Source: Octopus sinensis
Taxonomy: Eukaryota
Length of the DNA stretch: 64,000 nt
Assembly: GCF_006345805.1 (NCBI RefSeq)
Contig: NC_043004.1
Location: 52,452,001-52,516,000 of the forward strand
Reading direction: 5' to 3'
Shown: positions 54,900 through 64,000 of the stretch, one piece after another
Numbering within the stretch: the stretch's first letter is position 1
How the letters are laid out: every line of letters starts with the position of its first letter
Notes under the pieces: generated by a model
Seen by the model: the letters and a program-made list of their open reading frames with translations, nothing else
Databases searched by the model: none
What the model was told of the DNA's origin: nothing
Position numbers and translations under genes: made by a program

Positions 54900-55388
54900 T
54901 GGAAGGCATTGAGCAGGCAGAATCTCTAGCGCGTTGGACGAAATGCTTAGCGGTATTTTGCCCGTCGCTACGTTCTGAGTTCAGATTCTGCCAAGGTCGA
55001 CTTTGCCTTTCATCAATTAGAAGTCGATAAATTAAGAACCAGTCAAGTAATGGGATCGATTTGACTATCCCCCTCACCGCTAATTCCAGACATTTTGCCT
55101 ATAGTAGAAAGGATTATTGGAAACAGAATAATTTGGCACCATGCTGCTTAAAATTTCACGGATCTCTAGCACTTTCACGATTGGATTACCGAACCGGTCA
55201 CATGGTGACGAATCAAACTGTTTCAAAATAATCCTTTCTTTTATATGTACAAGGCCCGACATTTTTGGACAACTGGTATTTAACTTATCGACCCCAAAAG
55301 GTAGAATTTGAACTCAGTGCGTAACAGCAGAAAAAATACGGCTACGCATTTCGCCCGGTGTGCTAACGTTTCTGCCATTTCGCCGGCT
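54900..55388. mobile_element. Two SINE family C copies in inverted, tail-to-tail orientation
   Basis: Plus copy at about 54900-55140 and minus copy at about 55195-55388. Confidence 0.8.
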
Positions 55389-55405
55389 TAAAACAGTTTT
55401 ACATG

Positions 55406-55482
<77 letters not shown>

Positions 55483-55791
55483 TAGATGTATATATATATA
55501 TATATATGGCAGATAAATTATATTTACTGCTAAAAAAAAGACGAAACTGCAGTATAAGATGAGCCGAGTTTGGAAACGTTTTTGATTTTATTTCATTGAA
55601 TTTATCCACTTTTTGTGATCTAGTACTTGCTTCTTCTTTTAGAGGCCTTTTAATGTACTTATATATGATTAACATATAGCCTAAAGGCTAACATGTCTTT
55701 TGTGCTAGATCACCGGTAATAATAATTTATTTTATTACCTTTTTACTATGTTTATATATATATATGTATGTATATATATTATATATATATA

Positions 55792-55841
<50 letters not shown>

Positions 55842-55976
55842 ACATATACATATACATATACATATATATATATATATGATGCAGTTTCTGCAATTGTCAA
55901 TCAGTTTTTATTCTCTATCTGTAATCTGAACGTGTTTAATGTAACTGGTGAAAAGTTTTCGATAAATTTAGAGAAT

Positions 55977-56127
55977 TGGCTGTGTGGTAAGTAGCTTGCT
56001 AACCAACCACATGGTTGCGGGTTCAGTCCCACTGCGTGGCACCTTGGGCAAGTGTCTTCTACTATAGCCCCGGGCCTTGTGAGTGGATTTGGTAGACGGA
56101 AACTGAAAGAAGCCTGTCCTATATATG

Positions 56128-56167
<40 letters not shown>

Positions 56168-56405
56168 ATATATATATATATGTGTGTGTGTGTGGTGTGT
56201 GTGTGTGTGTGTGTCTGTGTTTGTCCCCCTAGCATTGCTTGACAACCGATGCTGGTGTTTTTACGTCCCCATCATTAGCGGTTCGGCAAAAGAGACCGAT
56301 AGAATAAGTACTGGGCTTACAAAGAATAAGTCCTGGGGTCGATTTGCTCGACTAAAGTCGGTGCTCCAGCATGGCCGCAGTCAGATGACTGAAACAAGTA
56401 AAAGA
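55977..56405 (+). mobile_element. SINE family A, full length
   Basis: TGGCTGTGTGGTAAGTAGCTTGC..GGGTTCAGTCCCACTGCG..GAAACAAGTAAAAGAG. Confidence 0.92.
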
Positions 56406-56679
56406 GTAAAAGAGAGAGAAGAAAAACACAACATTCAGCAGCGACATAGAGAAGGAATAATTTCTTTGGTGGTTGAATCGGTCACAGCTGAGTCGATGTT
56501 GCCAATAATGTCCGTCTCTTCGCATGCTCTGGAATTAAAAAAGACACCAAATATGTTAATTGTGCTACTGTTGCTGCACCCGATGCCTCCGCTAATGCTG
56601 CTGCTGCTGATTATGATGATGTCGCTAAAAGCAAATGTGTTGTTATTATTGGCGATGGTTATTATCAGAACGGTCATCA

Positions 56680-57200
56680 CCATCAGTGCCTCGCCTTTAT
56701 CGTCGTCGTCATCATCATCATCATCACCATCGTCATCATCGTCATCATCATCATCATCATCATTTTCATGATGACGATGATCATCATCAGCAGAAGCAGC
56801 AGCAGTAGTACAAGTGGTAGCAGCAGCAGGGGCAACCAAAATCGACGGTAGCAGTATCGTCAACATCATGAACAAGTTTTACATTCATCCTGTTTGCCAT
56901 CATCGTCGTCGACATCATCACTATCATCATTTCCACCATCCTCATCACAATGATCCTCGTTGTCGCCATCATCATCTTCTTCAGCAGCAGGAGCAGCGGT
57001 ATCCGTATCGTTATCATCATCGTCACCATCTTCTACATTCATGATGTCTGTTATTATCATCGTCGTTCACATAATCGTCGTCGTCATCGTCGTGATCCTC
57101 GTTGTCATCATCATCATCATCATTGAGGTTGCCTACATATTCTATTCTTCATCGTCATCATCCTCATTATAGTCGTTTCCGTCGTTGTCATCATCATGAC
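56680..57200. repeat. Degenerate (CAT/CGT/CAG)n trinucleotide region
   Basis: Direct inspection. Confidence 0.9.
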
Positions 57201-57825
57201 AACGATCACATACCTACATCATTCTCCGCATCAGCAAAATCGACATCGTTAACACAAGCTCGTAAACACACAGAATTAAACACACACCAACGCACAGACA
57301 TATAAACCAACCAACCACTGTACAAATATGCAAAAAGTCACAAGGCAAAACCATGCAAAAACTCCATCCACCTCTTCTAACATTATGTTGCTAGGAAATA
57401 AATACACTTTAATCCCCATTTTGATGGCGATCAGACGTAATCTGTTCTGTATTGATGATGAAATATTATTATTGTATTTTATACTTTATTGTTTCTTTTA
57501 GTTTCGTTTTCAGTTTCTAAGATTAGGACACGTTGCGTTACCATTTGAAGGTTCCAGAATATACATGAGGCTGGTATTGCAGGGTAAAGAGTTGCGGTGT
57601 ATTGCATGGGAGAGTAGATGATGTAGTGGTGTAGGTGATGAGGGCAGTAGGTTGCGCACGGTAAGGGGATGTAGTGTAGGGGTGCTAAGTTAATTCATGT
57701 TCCCGATGTACTTTAGAGTAGACGCCATTATCAAAAGACAAAATGATGCATGAACAAGCATTAAAACACGGCGACAGCAAACAACAGCAAACAACAATAA
57801 CTGCTACTGACACTGCTGCTGATGC

Positions 57826-57864
<39 letters not shown>

Positions 57865-57880
57865 TAATAATGATGATGAC

Positions 57881-57975
<95 letters not shown>

Positions 57976-57984
57976 TAATAATAA

Positions 57985-58445
57985 CAATAATACAGTGGAG
58001 AGCCGCAAGTACCTAGGGGTAATTGAAGGGGATGGAATAAGGCATTCAACGATGAAGGAAAGGATCAGGAGAGAATGTTATCGCAGAGTAAGAGCAATAC
58101 TCAAGACAGAGCTGAATGCAAGAAACAGGATCGAAGAGATCAATACTTTAGCCATACCAGTCGTGACTTGCAGTTTCAATATTGTTAACTGGTCAATTAC
58201 TGAAATATGTAATTTTAACAGAAAAATACGAAAAGTGTTGACAATGCATAGAATGCACCACCCTAAGGCAGATATATATCGACTTTATCTACCAAGAAAA
58301 GAGGGAGACCGTGGGCTTTTACAACTGGCATAACAATGAAGGTTGCTACAATTGGCCTAGACACCTACTTGAAAATCTCTGAGGACTGGATGCCAGCTTA
58401 TGCAAATGTAAAGCTTGTGCAAATGTAAAGCAAAAGTCAAACATA
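57985..58445 (+). mobile_element. R4/Dong-type LINE RT fragment fused to its 3' tail (internal deletion)
   Basis: KYLGVIEGDGIRHSTMKERIRRECYRRVRAILKTELNARNRI..INTLAIPVV..HHPKADIYRLYLPRKEG.RGLLQL, then a jump to CTTGTGCAAATGTAAAGCAAAAGTCAAACAT(AAT)n. Confidence 0.9.
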
Positions 58446-58479
58446 GAATAATAATAATAATATCACTACTAATTGGTTC

Positions 58480-59400
58480 TTCCGTCGTCGCTGTCGGTCG
58501 TCATACACCTGCCTCTCCGGGTACCGTGCTGCAAACCCACTAATTTCACCTGTCACCGCTTCGTACTCCATGAAGGCAGTATCAATCACCTCGATTTCCG
58601 AGGTATCGAACACTATGACGGTTACATCGTCTGCATAAACCTACACAAACCTTCCGCATGAAAGTTCATATAGGATGCCCTTCTAAACATCCAGATTCCG
58701 TAGCAATGGATCAAGAAGGAGCACGTCTAGAAGGAACAAGAGTAGGCAACCTTGATGTTACGAATTTTCGATGCTAAACGATTCCGATAGGTCACTATTT
58801 ACTTTGACCAACGAAAGATATCGCTGAATATTGCAGCGTTCCAGCCTCTGAAAACGGGACCGAAACCGGCCGCCTTGAGGATAGTCTCTAAGACTTGGAT
58901 GTTTTGATTCATTCAAATTTATCAGTCCTAACTCATGCCAGTTTCCTTACCTACCCTATTTATTATTTAACGCATGAGGTGAAGGTTCTCGTGTATAAAT
59001 CTCTTTCGAATAGCGTTTGTCTGCTCCTCGCCGACCAATTTATTGACAAGTGGCAGCTTCTTAGCCAAAATCGTATAATCTTTCAGTAGAGCTATGAACC
59101 TAAAATAATCTATTTGGTCCCCATTATTTGGGTCCTTGCTTAGCAGCAGCACTATGTCACGGATCATGGCACTGGGAATTCATTCTGCAAGTTATAGTAA
59201 GCATCAACCAAAAGATCACCAAATACCTCTAGCATATGGAAATAAATCTCCAAGCGCAGACTATTCAACCACGATGACTTCTCCCTTGTGCAGATAAACA
59301 TCGCACCAAGAATCTTTTCGGCTATTATCGGCGTTTTTCAGAATTTCGCATCCTGAACCGAAAGGTCCAGCACACCTTCGAGGGAGGAGGTGACATCCAT
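58480..59400 (-). mobile_element. L1/Tx1-type LINE reverse transcriptase remnant
   Basis: IVLL.KDPNNG..FRFIALLKDYTILAKKL..EEQT..IHENLHLMR; QGC.L..LL.VL.LDPLLRNL; VYADDVTVIV; EYEAVTG. Confidence 0.85.
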
Positions 59401-60191
59401 ACTCGTCTCCGACTTACTTCACGCTCACACAGTGAGGAGTTTACTTAGGCCGTGGAAAATAAGCGATCACAAATGAAGATCATCAAAATTTCAAACAAAG
59501 AAATCACCCAATAAAAGGGATGCCTCACTTTTGCCAAACAAGTAATGACCATACATTGTCAATGAAATCTTCTCTCTCTCAGATGCAGTGTCTCACCTTT
59601 ACAGGAATATGCTCAAATTTGGCCTCTTCACTCATACATGTACGCTACTCTTAACCAACGTTCAACTAATTTCCTGGCACCTGTATTGTTACCATTACAT
59701 TCCTTTCTATGTGAGACGTAACTAAGGTGTCTTCATTTCAAAATATAATGAAGATGTCTTCAGTTCTTTGCGTCTCGTCTTACATACAACCAGTTTCGCA
59801 ATACCCACTTCGGAGAAAAATCCCTTGCTATTATCGATAGATGCGGCAATATTTGGCATGGACTCATCTGATAGCAGGATCCCTCCAACAGCTATTTCGG
59901 TAAACTGAATTGATAAATGATGGTTGTTCACTGACTAAGAACAAAAAACTGGTAGTTTGTTAGTTTTTCAAAAGGCTGAGAATTTAGTTCAACCTGAAAA
60001 GCTGTTTTATTCTTCCAAAATGGCTTCATCTTGAGTAGTCTTATTTTATGTCTGTAGTGTTTTTGTTGTTTTTGCGTCATTGTTTCAACATTGCTAACTT
60101 TGTATCCATATCCATTGTCACGATGAAGAGGGATAAATACAGATGGCATTACTGTTCAATTTTTTTTTTATCTTGAAACGAGACAACTTAC

Positions 60192-60400
60192 TTCAATGAT
60201 TCTGGAGAAGCGCTTAGTTATAATGTATGAATTACAACCGTCGTGGTTGCAATTGCATATGTCCATTTTAGATTTTTCTGTTTGTATGTCCCACAATCAC
60301 TAAAAGGATTTTTACTGCTACGTGTATAACAGCCAGACGTTTTCTTCGTAACTACCATTTATAAAGCTCTTCTTTCAACATTCACTGCAGGACTCAAGAT
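60192..60400 (-). pseudogene. Decayed Ly6/uPAR (three-finger, quiver-like) Cys-rich exon
   Basis: Across one stop and two frameshifts: CSEC*KKSFINGSYE/TSGCYTRSSKNPFSDCGTYKQKNL/KMDICNCNHDGCNS. Ends at GAA|GTAAGT. Confidence 0.4.
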
Positions 60401-61163
60401 GGATCTGGAAGACATGTATATCTATCCGTCTGTTACGCTTTACATTATACAACTCTGCATATCAGCCAGGCCTGACTAATATCTGTGTGACACAAAAGGA
60501 TAGGTGTCTTAGGATTGCACAAATATGTTAACATCTTCTTTCCTGCTCGTGTAAGAAGCATTGAATTTCGCCAGATAGCACTGTCTTCAAAAATCAAAAT
60601 TAACAGAAAACGAAACCAGTTCTTCACTGGCATTTGATACGTTATCATGATTTTAGAAAGCTCGTTTGTTTGTTTATGTATGCGTGTGTATGCATGTATG
60701 TGTGTGCGGCTACCTGTGTTTGTGTGCGTGCAAACGTGCGTGCGGATGTGCGTGCCTGTGTATGTATGTGTGTGTATAAGCTGGTCTGAGTTTTGAATTT
60801 GCTGCTTATTTTCTTACCAAAATTATTAATGTTCACCTTCTTTGTAACACTTTCGATTATAACTCATTATTTCTTTTTTGTTTCTTTTAAAACTGTAGTT
60901 TTGGTCCATATTATGCATACACATTTTCCTTTTGCATGTGGTTATCCTTAGTTTTATTTTATTTCTTCCGTTTTCTTTCCTGAGTTTTGTTGCCATTATT
61001 GTATATGCATCTATGCAACTGACAAAGATATAAGAGGCATTTTTCTTTTCCAAGCAATTATTAGTTTCAACACCAATATAAGCAGAAGAGTTTATTCCCC
61101 GATTGTTCTCTGCATGGCATTAAAGTAAAATTAGAAAAATAAATAAAGACAAAAGTTTAACCT

Positions 61164-61456
61164 ACGTGATAAAATTCTATCGATTTGAGGAGCGATTTGA
61201 AAAGGGTGCACCTTCCTTTTTTCTTTAACAATGAGATGCATTCGTGGAAGTTTCTGCTGATGGATCCAGAAGCTCGTGTAGGCACATAGGGACTACTTTG
61301 TTTGTCCCAATCTCCTTGGTGTAGAGAATTGATGTTATTCGCAATGTTTTCAATAGTGTGAATAGAAATCCCGTCAGGACCTACTTTGCCATTCATTCCA
61401 TTCAACTTTAATAAAATATGCACCAAAAATATATGCAATGAAATCAATTTATTCAC
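61164..61456 (-). CDS. Candidate exon, product unknown
   Basis: 99-codon non-repetitive open frame with a hydrophobic start, ending at a donor-like CAC|GTAGGT. The start codon is GTG, not ATG. Confidence 0.2.
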
Positions 61457-61827
61457 CTATAATATTCTGCTGAAATGTGTGGCATCGAAAAGTGCGTTAT
61501 ATCAACATGTTTATTATAATTATATTTGCTGATATTATAACTGTTTTAGTGTTGTTGTTGTTATCAGAATCATTATTATTATTGTTATTATTATTATGCT
61601 CATTATTGCTTTTGTTATTGTTATGGCCATTCATATTATTTCTCATGGAAATGGTGTCGAATTCTTCATACTTCATTCGTTGTATTAAATACATAATACT
61701 GTCAAATATATAATTACATACATACAAACACAAACACACACACATACACACACACATATACACACACATATATATACAGTTATATGTATATATATATATA
61801 TATATACATGAATTTGTATGCTTATAT

Positions 61828-61881
<54 letters not shown>

Positions 61882-62273
61882 AATATGTGTGTGTGCACGT
61901 GTGTATACGTACGCATGCAAAATAGGAAAGGCGGTGAGTGAAAGAGATAGATAAAGATATATACAAATGGAGAGAAAGTGGGGGAGAGAGAATAAAAAGA
62001 GAGACAATAAAGCGAAGAAATAAACATTGTGAGAGACAGTGAGGAACTTTACGAAGCATAACTTACTCTTCTTTTGTCTGCTAGAAGCAAATGCGTAACG
62101 GCTGGTGAACACTTGTCGGGCCATGAAATCTAGTTAGAACTGATATCATATCATGTGTATGTGTGTGTGTGTGCGTGTGCGTGTGTGCGTGCGTGTATCT
62201 GTGTGTGCACACGTGCACACACATGCATATACATATATATACATACATGCATATTATATATATATATATTATA

Positions 62274-62329
<56 letters not shown>

Positions 62330-62504
62330 GATAGATAGATAGATAGATAGATAGATTGATAGATAAAGATATGCGCACATAGATAGATAAATAGATTTAT
62401 AGATGAGCAAGTGGTAAAAATATTAAATTATAGAGCAACAATCTTTTAAATATATGCATTTATATATGCATACATACAAGCAAATATATAGAATGACACA
62501 GAGA

Positions 62505-62688
<184 letters not shown>

Positions 62689-63089
62689 CGATGGTACGTA
62701 GGAATGATGTTTATTTGTAACGCATGCACGTCGTAGCATACAAAATGCATGGAAAAACTGGTAAGAGGAACGAAAAACGACGGAAGGTAGTCTTCCGTTC
62801 CATAGGCTCTTCGTTTTTCTGTTCATACGCCTGTCGTTTTTGTTTTCTTATCTCTACTCAAGCCATTTTAAACAACCAATATTCAAATATACAAACAGTC
62901 ATGCAATGCACACTTCAGCACACATTGGAAGCACATATTCGAGCACAAGTACTTATGAAGGATTATCACATAACAGAAATAAGTATTAATACATTTACTT
63001 GCATAGGGCATAGATACATATAATACAGACATCCAAACGCGAGTGAGTGTATATGTATATATATATATACACACAAACACACGCACACG

Positions 63090-63140
<51 letters not shown>

Positions 63141-63507
63141 AAGTTAAGTGTAATAAAAACGTTCATAATTATTTCTTACTAGTCTCAACAGAATCCACGT
63201 GGTTGATTTTTAGCTCTCTTATGTGTCCGAATGACCACCGGCTGAAATGGCAGTAGAAATATATTATATATATATATTAGATGTATATATATACATACAT
63301 CTAATTAGATGTATATATTTATATATGTATAGAGATATGTATGTATATGCATGCGTATTTTTTATGTAACCTCCTGCAAGTTAAAAGTCAATACCTTGAT
63401 GATAATCTAACTGAGGTAATTTTGACCTGAAAAGTAACTAGCCGACTATTCCTCATTCACACAAATACTACATCCGCGGTTCCACCAGCGATGAAACATA
63501 TATAGCC

Positions 63508-63570
<63 letters not shown>

Positions 63571-63940
63571 ACATATGTGTGTGTGTCTGTGTCTGTGTCT
63601 GTGTCTGTGTGTATGTTAGATAACAAATAGATTTCGATCTACCTATCTCTCTCTCTCTCTCTCATACACACACTATTTTTTATCTTTAATTGTTTCAGTC
63701 TTACCGAATTACTTGGCAAGTTTGCTTAGTACCTTCAATCAGTTGCAGAAACTATTGGCATCTTTAACTACCATTCCAAGAACGTTACTAAAGATGTTCC
63801 TGCAATAATTGTCTTAAGTATAAACAGTACAGACGCTGTATTTGTAAACGCCGATTAGTACATATATGTGTGCCTGAATGCATACACACAATCATAAACA
63901 CACACACACACATATGTGTACGTGTATTTGAGTGTGTTTT

Positions 63941-63978
<38 letters not shown>

Positions 63979-64000
63979 TAGATAGATATGTATGTGTACG

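Noticed and set aside
55520-55560. CTGCTAA...GAAACTGCAGTA as a hammerhead
   Set aside because: It has a palindromic stem III, but the core has two uncompensated changes and stem II is absent. At most a fossil.
56184-56875. 195-aa plus and 146-aa minus ORFs
   Set aside because: They are built from a SINE plus trinucleotide repeats and show no domain signature.
58845-58880. CTGAAAA CGGGACC GAAACCGG as a hammerhead
   Set aside because: It lies antisense within LINE RT coding sequence, has an uncompensated G8A change and no NUH site with stem I.

Overview
AT-rich, microsatellite-saturated eukaryotic DNA that is intergenic or intronic. The SINE families and simple-repeat load look like an octopod cephalopod; that is my inference from recognising the repeats, not a search result. 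I found no confidently intact protein-coding gene. The window holds a frameshifted Penelope-like retroelement (RT + GIY-YIG, 3.4-5.5 kb) and several Penelope-type terminal remnants. It also has R4/Dong-type LINE pieces embedded in (AAT)n, Tx1/L1-type ORF1 and RT remnants, a CR1/L2-type LINE end, and at least four SINE families. A 6.4-kb 41-bp satellite with a ~2577-bp higher-order repeat runs into a 100-N gap. The most interesting signal is six minimal type I hammerhead-ribozyme motifs from four unrelated sequence families, all with a palindromic stem III. Two families carry a U3-A8 compensatory core (UUGAUAA instead of CUGAUGA), and one sits in a ~270-bp non-coding element that also forms a 480-bp palindrome. 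A few non-repetitive islands may hold exons or pseudogenes, including a decayed Ly6/three-finger-like motif near 60.2 kb. Most ORFs in the supplied track are microsatellite or antisense artefacts.
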